Shown piece by piece: positions 19,789 through 28,684 of a DNA stretch of 64,000 nt. Location: contig JAVCCF010000037.1 of assembly GCA_030765625.1 (NCBI GenBank), forward strand, positions 1,716 to 65,715. Reading direction: 5' to 3'. The notes beneath the pieces were generated by a model. The model was not told the origin of the DNA, searched no databases, and saw nothing but the letters and a program-made list of their open reading frames with translations. Source of the DNA: Candidatus Tenebribacter burtonii. Lineage in GTDB: Bacteria; Cloacimonadota; Cloacimonadia; Cloacimonadales; TCS61. The first letter of the stretch is position 1; each line of letters begins with the position of its first letter. The position numbers and the translations under genes are program-made.

Positions 19789-20513
19789 TGCATAAAATAA
19801 TCCTAATTATTTTCTTATTTTCTTCAAGCTTTTTTTCAAACAATTTAATTGCAAGATCCCTTAACGAAAGTGTGATCTTATTACATGGATTGGGTGATTT
19901 TAAACTTTCGATGTTAAAATTAGAAAATGCACTGAGAGATGAAGGATATACAACAAAAAATATTGGTTATTCTTCAACCGGAGAAACTATTGAATCTTTA
20001 TCTGATAAAGAGTTATCGAAAGTAATTGAGCAATATAAAAAGATCGGTTTTAAAAAGATTCACTTTGTTACTCATTCGATGGGTGGACTAATTGTAAGAT
20101 ATTATTTACAAAATCACACTCTTCCAACCGGAAGCCGCATTGTTATGCTGAGTCCACCAAATCATGGTTCAGAAATTGCTGATTATTTTCAGGAGAGCAA
20201 ATTCTATAAACTTATCGTTGGTGATGTGGGGCAGGAGTTAGCAACGAATTCTAATATTCTATCGAAACTTAAACCTATAATTCCGGAGGTTGGGATAATT
20301 GCTGGAAATAAAAGCACAAATCCATATTTTTCTAAGATCATACCAGGTGAAGATGATGGTAGGGTTGCTGTTGATAAAACAAAGCTCTCTGAAATGAAAG
20401 ATTTCTTGATCGTTCCCAACACACATCTTACAATTAAATATAATGATGAAGTTATAAAGCAAACGACATTCTTCCTAAGAAATGGAGAATTCAAACATCG
20501 CAATAATGGATGA
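19788..20513 (+). CDS. secreted alpha/beta hydrolase (lipase/esterase-like)
   Basis: GTG start overlapping the recR stop. Signal peptide. LLHGLG and nucleophile elbow THSMGG. Confidence 0.75.
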   Translation: MHKIILIIFLFSSSFFSNNLIARSLNESVILLHGLGDFKLSMLKLENALRDEGYTTKNIGYSSTGETIESLSDKELSKVIEQYKKIGFKKIHFVTHSMGGLIVRYYLQNHTLPTGSRIVMLSPPNHGSEIADYFQESKFYKLIVGDVGQELATNSNILSKLKPIIPEVGIIAGNKSTNPYFSKIIPGEDDGRVAVDKTKLSEMKDFLIVPNTHLTIKYNDEVIKQTTFFLRNGEFKHRNNG

Positions 20514-20525
20514 AACCATTAATTT

Positions 20526-21755
20526 ATGAAAAAAATTAAAAAGAATTCTTATTCTCCTGCAACTAACTTGATTTTATATACTTTGCTTCTGGTTGCAACT
20601 CCCTTTCTTATTGTACAAAATTATTTACAACAGGTAATTGGTATGACATCACAATTATCTTTTTCATTTTTAGGAATGAATATACCATTTATCATTGCTA
20701 TTGCTACTATTTTTATATTAATACTCATAATAATTCTTCGTCACAAAATAACAATATTTCGAATCTACTCAATAATTGTAGTTATTGTTATGATGATTCT
20801 TGGTCAAAACTCAACTGATTATTATTTTAATCATAAATTCTATGAACTTCAGCATAACTGGCATTATATTGCTTATGCTATTTTTTCTTACATTATATAC
20901 AGGTATCTTAAACAAAAAAAATATTCTTCAAAACGAATCATTTTATACACTTTCATTTCAGCTAGTTTTATCTCTATTTTTGATGAAGCAATACAAATTC
21001 TGATCTCAAACAGAATATTTGATGTTTGTGATATTGCAAAAGATATTTGGGGTTCTGTAATTGGAATGATAGTGATTTTTTTTGTAGTTGAACAAGGAAA
21101 AATTATGAAAAAGGGATGGAGATTAAGGCAAAAAAAAATCAGCGACTATATAAAAAATCCACTTTCATTACTTTTTCTGGAAATGATTTTTGCATATCTC
21201 CTGCTATTAATTAGTTCAATACTTTCTCATAACGAATATCTGGGAGAAGCAATTTTATTCTCTTTTATGTCCTTTGTTGTTTTCTTTTTTATATTTCACA
21301 ATTTACAGAGAAAGAAATTTCGTCTAACAGTCATTTCATTTATTGTCACTATCCTATTATTGCAAACCATATTTTTTATTAAATACCATAATTCAAATAT
21401 TGTATATAATAGAAAAGGAATGATTGTTTACAAAGGGATTCCAATTCCATATTTTGATATTATGATATTCCCAGATGGTACATTTAGATTGGTAGATAAG
21501 AAAATCTATTTTAATCAGAAAGATAAAGTTAATAGAATTTTTAAGTATGCTAATGATATTCTTCTAATTGGAAGTGGTGAAAATGGGGAAGGTGGAATGG
21601 GATTTATTGATGAACAAAGAGAAACCCAGTTTATATTTAATTCACAGAAAAAACTTCCTCTACAGGTTATTGTTCTAAAAACTCCAGATGCGTGTAAAGA
21701 ATTCAACCTATTAAACAAAAAAGGTTATGATGTAATGTTCATTATTCATAATTAA
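20526..21755 (+). CDS. polytopic membrane protein, VanZ-like region fused to a C-terminal Mth938-like soluble domain
   Basis: VanZ-like motif FDEAIQILISNRIFDVCDIAKDIWGSVIG. C-terminus ILLIGSGENGEGGMGFIDEQ...LQVIVLKTPDACKEFNLLNKKGYDVMFIIH resembles the Mth938/DUF498 fold signature (recall-based). Confidence 0.5.
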   Translation: MKKIKKNSYSPATNLILYTLLLVATPFLIVQNYLQQVIGMTSQLSFSFLGMNIPFIIAIATIFILILIIILRHKITIFRIYSIIVVIVMMILGQNSTDYYFNHKFYELQHNWHYIAYAIFSYIIYRYLKQKKYSSKRIILYTFISASFISIFDEAIQILISNRIFDVCDIAKDIWGSVIGMIVIFFVVEQGKIMKKGWRLRQKKISDYIKNPLSLLFLEMIFAYLLLLISSILSHNEYLGEAILFSFMSFVVFFFIFHNLQRKKFRLTVISFIVTILLLQTIFFIKYHNSNIVYNRKGMIVYKGIPIPYFDIMIFPDGTFRLVDKKIYFNQKDKVNRIFKYANDILLIGSGENGEGGMGFIDEQRETQFIFNSQKKLPLQVIVLKTPDACKEFNLLNKKGYDVMFIIHN

Positions 21756-21779
21756 TTAAAATATAGGTATTTTAGAGAA

Positions 21780-22670
21780 ATGAAAAAAAATTATAAGCTT
21801 GAAGATAAGTTCATACGATTTTTATTAATTTTGATTTGGTTCATTCTTATTAGTTTTGGATATATTTCTATAATAAAACCTGCTTGGCTTATAAATTTAT
21901 CAGAAACTGGTAAAAGCATGGAAGCGCAACAAAGTATTAATAAAGCTTATGAAGCTTTAAAAAATGAAAATTACAAAATAGCTGTGCAATCATATAAGAA
22001 GGCTCTTGAGATTCAACCAAAAATGGAAGGAGCACAGATAGGATTGGGTGTTACTTATTCTAAAATAGGAGTGTATAATAAAGCTATCTCAATTTTTAAA
22101 AACCTCCTTAAAGATAAACCGGGGAATCCATATGCATTATATTATAATTTAGCAGAAATTCATGAGAAAACAGGGAAAATTGAAAAAGCAGTAAATTATT
22201 ATATAAAATCAGCAGAAAGTGCTCCAAGTGCATTTTATCCATATGGTAAAATCGGGCAAATATATTTAAATAGAAAAAAATGGGATGATGCAATTGTTTA
22301 TTATAAAAAAGCAATTGAAAATAAACTAGATATTAAAACATCATATTTGAGTATGCTGAAAAGTAGCTTATATGAATATAGCGACCCAGAAATCATAGAA
22401 AATTTAAATAAAATACTAGCAAGTGGTTTCCCTCCAGATTTTCAGGAACGTTATTACTCAGAGAGATTCCAAAAAGTGCTTAGTGAAGATAAAAATCTTG
22501 CAAATATTTATAATGATATAGGATTTGCTTATGCTATGAAAGGCGAGATGGATATAGCAATTATATATTTTCGTAAATCAATAAAGATCTGGCCGGAATC
22601 TGAGAGAGCAAAACAGGATTTGAAAACTGCTCTTGAAATTCAAGATGAAAATCAGATTAAAGTAAGATAG
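21780..22670 (+). CDS. membrane-anchored TPR-repeat protein
   Basis: N-terminal TM helix. Repeated 34-residue units (AYEALKNENYKIAVQSYKKALEIQP..., AEIHEKTGKIEKAVNYYIKS...). Confidence 0.7.
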   Translation: MKKNYKLEDKFIRFLLILIWFILISFGYISIIKPAWLINLSETGKSMEAQQSINKAYEALKNENYKIAVQSYKKALEIQPKMEGAQIGLGVTYSKIGVYNKAISIFKNLLKDKPGNPYALYYNLAEIHEKTGKIEKAVNYYIKSAESAPSAFYPYGKIGQIYLNRKKWDDAIVYYKKAIENKLDIKTSYLSMLKSSLYEYSDPEIIENLNKILASGFPPDFQERYYSERFQKVLSEDKNLANIYNDIGFAYAMKGEMDIAIIYFRKSIKIWPESERAKQDLKTALEIQDENQIKVR

Positions 22671-22697
22671 AAAGAGGAAAAATACACTGGAGGAAAC

Positions 22698-23099
22698 ATG
22701 AAGGTTAAACATTACTCTGATATACTATTAGAAGAAGTAACAATGGAAGGAGCCAGAAAAGCGAAGATTCGCTGGCTTATTTCAGAAAAAGATAAAGCAC
22801 CAAATTTTGCAATGCGCATGTTTGAAGTTGAACCTGGTGGTTTTACTCCTTATCATTCCCATAGTTGGGAACATGAAAATTTCATTGTTGAAGGAACTGG
22901 ATCACTGGTTACAGAAGATGGTGAATTGCCATTTAAACCAGGGGATGTAATCTTTGTTGATTCACACATGAAACATAATTATAAAAACACAGGTGAAACA
23001 ACACTAAAATTTCTTTGTCTGATTCCACTGGAAAAACCGGTAAAACAAGTTAAAAAAAATGTGAACCCCTTTGCTACAGGGAAAGCAAATAATTGTTAG
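22698..23099 (+). CDS. cupin-domain protein
   Basis: GGFTPYHSHSWEHENFIVEG and GDVIFV...H motifs. 133 aa. Confidence 0.8.
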   Translation: MKVKHYSDILLEEVTMEGARKAKIRWLISEKDKAPNFAMRMFEVEPGGFTPYHSHSWEHENFIVEGTGSLVTEDGELPFKPGDVIFVDSHMKHNYKNTGETTLKFLCLIPLEKPVKQVKKNVNPFATGKANNC

Positions 23100-23126
23100 A
23101 TAATAATTTTATCTTATTAAAATTCA

Positions 23127-23252
23127 TTGTCATCCCGAAGATTCTTTTAGATTTATTCTCGGAGGAACTAAAGATCAGTTTTTCAGCTTTACATCTCGTT
23201 CAGGGCAAAGATTCTTCCAAAGATTTACGTAGAAGATACTTCAGCATGACAA
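23127..23252. repeat. palindromic intergenic element, copy E2
   Basis: Terminal inverted repeat: TTGTCATCCCGAAG (23127-23140) against CTTCAGCATGACAA (23239-23252), 11 of 14 complementary. The 62-aa ORF called over it (23093-23281) is probably spurious. Confidence 0.5.
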
Positions 23253-23308
23253 CTATTTCTTTAGTGGACAGAACTAATTAAAATAATATTAAAAGGAGAT
23301 GAAAAAAA

Positions 23309-24364
23309 ATGGAAAAGAAATTCTTTAAAGATCTTGTAATGGCACCAAGTCCATCAGGATTTGAACAACCCGCACAAGAAGTGTACAGAAATTTTGTGAG
23401 AGAATATGCAGATGAAGTTACAACCGATGTTCATGGAAATGTGATTGCCCTGAAAAAAGGAACTGGAAAACTCCGTCTTATGGTGTCGGGTCATGCTGAT
23501 GAGGTTGGCCTTATGGTAAATTATATTGATGATAAAGGTTTTATCAGGTTTACATCTATTGGTGGTGTAGATGCAACATTGCTTCCGGGGCTTCGTGTGA
23601 ATATCTATCACAACAAAAAAGTAGTTCGAGGTATTATTGGTAGGAAACCAATTCATTTGATGAGTCCTGAAGACAGAAAAAGTACACCAAAAATGTCTGA
23701 TTTGTGGATTGATATTGGAGCAAAAGATAAAAAAGCTGCTGAGAAAAAAGTATGTGTTGGTGATCATGTTACATATTCTCCCGGATTAGAAATTCTTTCT
23801 GGAAGCATAATTACAACAAAAGCTACAGATAATAAAGCTGGGGTATACATTGTTGGATGTCTTCTAAAAGAACTTGCAGGAGAAAAAATTTCTGCGAATG
23901 TCTATTCTGTTTCTTCTGTTCAAGAAGAAGTGGGTCTTCGCGGTGCAAGAACAAGTGCTTTTGGAATAGATCCTCACGTTGGAATTGCTATTGATGTTAC
24001 TCACGCAACCGATTATCCGGGAATGAACAAAAATCAACTTGGTGATGTTGCATTAGAAAAAGGACCAACTATTTCGGTTGGTGCAAATATAAATCCAAAG
24101 GTATTTGAACTTCTTAAAAAAGCTGGCGATAATGTTAAAGTTAAATATCAGATAGAAGCAGCACCACGCGGAACAGGAACTGATGCAAATGCAATTCAAG
24201 TAACAAGAGCAGGTGTTGCTGCCGGGCTCATCAGCATTCCAAATAGATACATGCACACTCCAAACGAGGTGATCTCTTTTAAAGATCTTAATGGAGCTGT
24301 TAAATTACTTTCTGAATTTGTGCGCTTGATCGACGATAGCACAGATTTTATTCCGAAAGTATAG
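23309..24364 (+). CDS. M42-family aminopeptidase (FrvX/CelM-like)
   Basis: MAPSPSGFEQP...SGHADEVGL...DNKAGV...VQEEVGLRGA...YMHTPNE. 351 aa. Confidence 0.85.
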   Translation: MEKKFFKDLVMAPSPSGFEQPAQEVYRNFVREYADEVTTDVHGNVIALKKGTGKLRLMVSGHADEVGLMVNYIDDKGFIRFTSIGGVDATLLPGLRVNIYHNKKVVRGIIGRKPIHLMSPEDRKSTPKMSDLWIDIGAKDKKAAEKKVCVGDHVTYSPGLEILSGSIITTKATDNKAGVYIVGCLLKELAGEKISANVYSVSSVQEEVGLRGARTSAFGIDPHVGIAIDVTHATDYPGMNKNQLGDVALEKGPTISVGANINPKVFELLKKAGDNVKVKYQIEAAPRGTGTDANAIQVTRAGVAAGLISIPNRYMHTPNEVISFKDLNGAVKLLSEFVRLIDDSTDFIPKV

Positions 24365-24368
24365 ATTT

Positions 24369-24432
24369 TGTTATCCTGAGCATAGACGAATGATTGTAAT
24401 TATATGGTTCGTCTTTGCTCATCATGATAGCA
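24369..24432. repeat. palindromic intergenic element, copy E3 (also a likely terminator of the M42 gene)
   Basis: TGTTATCCTGAGCATAGACGAA ... TTCGTCTTTGCTCATCATGATAGCA. AGACGAA/TTCGTCT and TGAGCA/TGCTCA pair around a 17-nt loop. Confidence 0.55.
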
Positions 24433-24471
24433 TTTATTAATTTTCTTTTTATAATGAATTTATGAGGTAAA

Positions 24472-25221
24472 ATGATAACTGTAAATAACCTGACAAAAGT
24501 ATTTCAACAACAAAATGGGGAAGATCTGTATGCTGTTAATGATCTTACCTTCACTGCTGGTAAAGGTGAGATTGTTGTGCTTTTAGGAGTGAACGGAGCA
24601 GGTAAAACAACCGCGATGAGAATGCTTTCTACAGTGTTGCAACCAACTAGTGGAAATGCAACTCTCGAAGGTTATAGCCTTAAAAGTGACCCCCAGAATG
24701 TGAGAGCAAATCTTGGTTTTCTTTCCGGAGATACCGGTCTTTATGCTAGACTTACTGCACACGAGACAATTACATATTTTGCACGGTTGTACGATGTCCC
24801 AGAAAACAAGATCAATACAAGGATTAATGAAATGGCAGATCTTTTGGATATGCATGAATTTTTGGATAAAAAGATAGATTTTCTTTCAACGGGTATGAAG
24901 CAGAAAGTATCTATTGCACGTTCAATTATTCACGACCCTCCAATAATGATTTTTGATGAACCAACAGCAGGACTCGATATCCTAACTGCAAAAAATATAA
25001 TTTCCTTCATTCATAAATGTAAAGAAGATGGAAAATGTGTTCTTTTCTCAACTCATATTATGCGCGAAGCTGAACGAATTGCAGATAAAATTATTATGAT
25101 CCATCAAGGAAAAGTCCTAGCTCAAGGTAGCTGGGAAGATTTTAAAACAGATACAGGTCTGCACGATCTAGATGATATCTTCATTCATTATGTAAATAGT
25201 ATTACAGAAGAGGATGTATGA
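24472..25221 (+). CDS. ABC transporter ATP-binding protein (NatA/ABC-2 type)
   Basis: Walker A GVNGAGKTT, signature LSTGMKQKV, Walker B IFDEPTAGLD. Confidence 0.85.
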   Translation: MITVNNLTKVFQQQNGEDLYAVNDLTFTAGKGEIVVLLGVNGAGKTTAMRMLSTVLQPTSGNATLEGYSLKSDPQNVRANLGFLSGDTGLYARLTAHETITYFARLYDVPENKINTRINEMADLLDMHEFLDKKIDFLSTGMKQKVSIARSIIHDPPIMIFDEPTAGLDILTAKNIISFIHKCKEDGKCVLFSTHIMREAERIADKIIMIHQGKVLAQGSWEDFKTDTGLHDLDDIFIHYVNSITEEDV

Positions 25222-27251
25222 ATTTAAAAAAAATTATAATAATATATAAAAAAGAGATGCTTGATCTTGTTCGTGATAGAAGAACCATAATTACTTCCTT
25301 CATACTTCCTATAATACTATATCCACTTCTAATGATTGGTTTTTCTTCAATGATGTCACGTCAGGAAATGAAACTTGAACAACAGGGAATTGTCATATAT
25401 CTTAATGATATGGTTCATGATGAATCTTCAAATGAATTAAAAGAATCACTTTCTCAAATTGAAAATATCCAGATCATAGACGAAGCAATTGTTTATAACG
25501 AAAGTACATATCTTGAACTACTCCAAGATAAATCCATTCAAGCACTTATCAATATTGAAGACAGTCTCTCTTCATCTGGTTACAGGATTTTTAATATTAC
25601 ATGTTTCTATGATGAAACTTCCGAGAAAAGCTCTATGGCTTACAACAAGGTCAGAGACAATTTTCAAGAAATTGAAGAAGTTCTTATCAGCAAAAGATTA
25701 GAAAAGATCAAAATAAATACGGAAATTCTAAATGCGGTTGAGATCAAAAAGGAAAATATTGCACCTCCTGAGCAAATGGTTGGTTTTATTGTTGGGAAAT
25801 TCCTACCTTATCTTTTAATTATTCTTACTATAAGTGGAGCTTCTGTAATTGCATCTGATCTAATTGCAGGGGAGAAAGAACGTAAAACTCTTGAAACAAT
25901 TCTTGTAAGTGCCGCCAGAAGAGATGAACTGGTAATTGGTAAATATCTTACAATTATTACAATTTCAATCATTACTGTTCTCTTGAATTTATTGAGTATG
26001 TATCTATCTTTCCGACATATATTTATGCAGTTGGGAACAAGTATGGGTGAGTTCCAATTACCATTAGGTAATTTTGCACTTATTCTATTATTGATGCTTC
26101 CATTAATAACTTTATTTTCAGCCATCTTACTTTCAATTTCAACTTATTCCAGGAATATTAAAGAAGCTCAAAGTTATCAAATGCCACTTCTCTTTGGAGC
26201 AATAATGCTGTCAATGGTCAGTTTCCTGCCTGGATTTGAATTAAACCTGGGATTTTCTCTCATTCCCATTGTCAATTTTTCTTTGATGATGCGCGATATA
26301 ATGTTGAATAATTATCAATTAAATTATCTAATCATAATAATTGGATCCACGATGGTCCTTGATGTTATCACGGTATATATTTCAATTAGATTATTTCACA
26401 GTGAAAAAGTTTTGTTTAGAACAGTAGAAGAGAAATCTCTGAAATTCTGGGGTAAAAGCAAGAAAAATGTTCTAAACTTACAATTTGTCATGCTATATTT
26501 TGTGCTAATGATAATTGCTCTTTATTATATCGGTGGTAGTTGGCAGTTAAAAAATATGATGAGTGGCTTAATTAAAACGCAATTAGTATTAATTCTATTA
26601 CCAGTTTTATTGATAATGCGAATTTCAAAAACAGACATTAAATCTACATTTAGACTGAATTACACAAATCCATTAAATTTCTTGTTAGTATTATTTGCAG
26701 CACTTCCACTTCTATTATTGTCAGGTATTCTGGGACAACTCATTAACTTTATTTTTCCTGTTTCAGAAGCATATTTAGAAGCTTTGCAGAATCTTGTGAC
26801 CGTTAAAGAAAATGGTCTATGGTTCACAATCTTCGTGGTTGGAATTCTACCCGGAATTTGTGAGGAAGTAATGTTCAGAGGATTTATTCTAAATGCTTTA
26901 AGAAAGAAAGGACTCTGGTATGGAATCATTCTTACAGCTGTTTTATTTGGTGCATTTCACCTTGATCCATTCCGTTTTCTACCAGTAACTCTTCTTGGAA
27001 TATGGCTTGGTTATCTCGCAGTTAAAACTAATAGTTTATATGTTCCAATTCTTGCACACTTTGCACAAAATTCACTGGCAATTTTAATAACAAATTATGC
27101 AGAGAAAGTTTCATTTATCAAACTGATAATTAGAGAGGATGAAATTGCATATTGGGTTGTTATTCCATCAATAATAATACTCTATTTAGTTATAAAAGGA
27201 TTAAATAAAATAAACCCTGTAGCAAATAAAATAATGAGTAATACTTGGTAA
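25218..27251 (+). CDS. ABC-2 (NatB-like) permease fused to a C-terminal CPBP (CAAX-protease/Abi) intramembrane protease domain
   Basis: ATGA overlap with the ATPase gene. N-terminal ~400 aa is an ABC-2 permease with a large extracytoplasmic loop. C-terminus carries CPBP motifs EEVMFRGFI, FGAFH and HFAQN. Confidence 0.7.
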   Translation: MNLKKIIIIYKKEMLDLVRDRRTIITSFILPIILYPLLMIGFSSMMSRQEMKLEQQGIVIYLNDMVHDESSNELKESLSQIENIQIIDEAIVYNESTYLELLQDKSIQALINIEDSLSSSGYRIFNITCFYDETSEKSSMAYNKVRDNFQEIEEVLISKRLEKIKINTEILNAVEIKKENIAPPEQMVGFIVGKFLPYLLIILTISGASVIASDLIAGEKERKTLETILVSAARRDELVIGKYLTIITISIITVLLNLLSMYLSFRHIFMQLGTSMGEFQLPLGNFALILLLMLPLITLFSAILLSISTYSRNIKEAQSYQMPLLFGAIMLSMVSFLPGFELNLGFSLIPIVNFSLMMRDIMLNNYQLNYLIIIIGSTMVLDVITVYISIRLFHSEKVLFRTVEEKSLKFWGKSKKNVLNLQFVMLYFVLMIIALYYIGGSWQLKNMMSGLIKTQLVLILLPVLLIMRISKTDIKSTFRLNYTNPLNFLLVLFAALPLLLLSGILGQLINFIFPVSEAYLEALQNLVTVKENGLWFTIFVVGILPGICEEVMFRGFILNALRKKGLWYGIILTAVLFGAFHLDPFRFLPVTLLGIWLGYLAVKTNSLYVPILAHFAQNSLAILITNYAEKVSFIKLIIREDEIAYWVVIPSIIILYLVIKGLNKINPVANKIMSNTW

Positions 27252-27299
27252 AATGGACTTGATTTCACGGGAATAAGACTACAATGGAGTTAAGAGCAA

Positions 27300-27416
27300 G
27301 TGTTCAACCTTTACGGAAATTTGCATTCCCAAAATCCCGAACTCTTTCAGGAGGAAGGAGAAGATAATAACACTGTATGTCATACTGAGAGAAGACGAAA
27401 TGTTGAGCACATACAC
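27300..27416. repeat. two adjacent palindromic elements, copies E4a/E4b
   Basis: E4a (27300-27373) runs GTGTTCAACCTTTACGG ... TTTCAGGAGG...AGATAATAACAC and parallels E1 at both ends. E4b (27375-27416) contains TGTCATACTGAGAGAAGACGAAATG, bracketed by GTATGT/ACATAC. Confidence 0.4.
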
Positions 27417-27455
27417 AAAAATTAGATGTAGTCCGATTTAAGAATAAGGTAAAAC

Positions 27456-28199
27456 ATGAGCAGAGATATAAAAACTAAAGGGATAATAATCAAGAAGATC
27501 AATTTTCGTGAAACAAGTATTATTCTCGATGTGCTAACTCCCCAGTATGGTGTTATCTCTATAATGGCAAAAGGAATTCGTAAGCAGAAGAGCAAAAATA
27601 CCGGGTTGCTTGAAATCCTTAATGAACTTGAACTCGATCTTTATAAGAATCCAAGTTCAGAATGGTACATTTATAAATCATCACAAATCATTAATGCACA
27701 CCTTTTTAATATAGACCTTTCCACCAGCATACTCATGCAAGCTGCTGTAGAAGTGATCCGACAGATCATAATTTCAATTGATGATTCTCAAGCGATTTAT
27801 AAATTACTCGAAACTTATTTGCAATTTATAAGAACAGTTAATAAAAACGGAATTGCTATCTTCTGGCGTTTTCTTTTAAAACTTTACAAAGTTATGGGAA
27901 TTGAATTCAATATCTCAAATTGTATAGAATGTTCTCAAAGAAAACAATTCTTTGCTTACTTTCCACAAAAACATGGTTTTATCTGTGAGGATTGTTATCA
28001 TCCCGTAAATAATGATCAAGTATTCAAAATAAATGAAAATGCGGCTGATTTGATTTCAAAATTAAAAAATATCGGAAATTATATTGAGGAAATAACAATT
28101 TCAAAACCAACTGTTAAGCAACTTAATAGAATTTTCATTACACATCTATCAGAACATTTTAATAAGAAGATCCATTTGAAAAGTATTGAATTATTGTAA
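27456..28199 (+). CDS. recO: DNA repair protein RecO
   Basis: OB-fold N-terminus GIIIKKINFRETSIILDVLT...ISIMAKGIRK. Zinc-finger cysteines CIECS...CEDC. Confidence 0.9.
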   Translation: MSRDIKTKGIIIKKINFRETSIILDVLTPQYGVISIMAKGIRKQKSKNTGLLEILNELELDLYKNPSSEWYIYKSSQIINAHLFNIDLSTSILMQAAVEVIRQIIISIDDSQAIYKLLETYLQFIRTVNKNGIAIFWRFLLKLYKVMGIEFNISNCIECSQRKQFFAYFPQKHGFICEDCYHPVNNDQVFKINENAADLISKLKNIGNYIEEITISKPTVKQLNRIFITHLSEHFNKKIHLKSIELL

Positions 28200-28684
28200 T
28201 TTATTCTTAACTACACAGTTAACATTTTTCTGAATAATAAAAACAATACAAAATTTATTCAATTGTTCCGTAATTTCTTTCTGTAAGCTATCTATCTGTA
28301 AATAAATACGTTAGAACAACTATAAATCATTCAAACGTAAAACATAAATATTTTTTTTAAGTGGCTTCGTCACAATTTCAGGATTTTCGACATATATAAG
28401 TAGTAGGGATAATTACATCCAAAAAAAAGTAATAAAACATGTTTATTAAAAAAATGAAATTTACACACTTAACAAATTTACTCTTTACAGAAAAAAACAA
28501 TTTAGCAGTTTTAGAAAGTGAAGTATATAAATCAAATAACATATTCTACATAGTAAAGAATAAGTTCATTCGGATAACTCCTCTCTGAGCGATCGGAGAG
28601 GACTGGGAAGAATTAAAGTAGAGAAATAAAGAAATTGACAAATAAAATTGAGATGAAAATAAAAATAAACAAATGGAGAAAAAT

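Noticed and set aside
23093-23281. 62-aa ORF between the cupin and M42 genes
   Set aside because: It coincides with palindromic element E2, has no RBS, and has low-complexity composition. It is most likely spurious.
27262-27275. Shared 12-mer TTTCACGGGAAT at 27264 and 51432 as evidence of another repeat family
   Set aside because: Matches of 11-12 nt between two sites are expected many times by chance in 64 kb. The flanks do not align. 51423-51442 is kept only as a possible weak hairpin between convergent genes.
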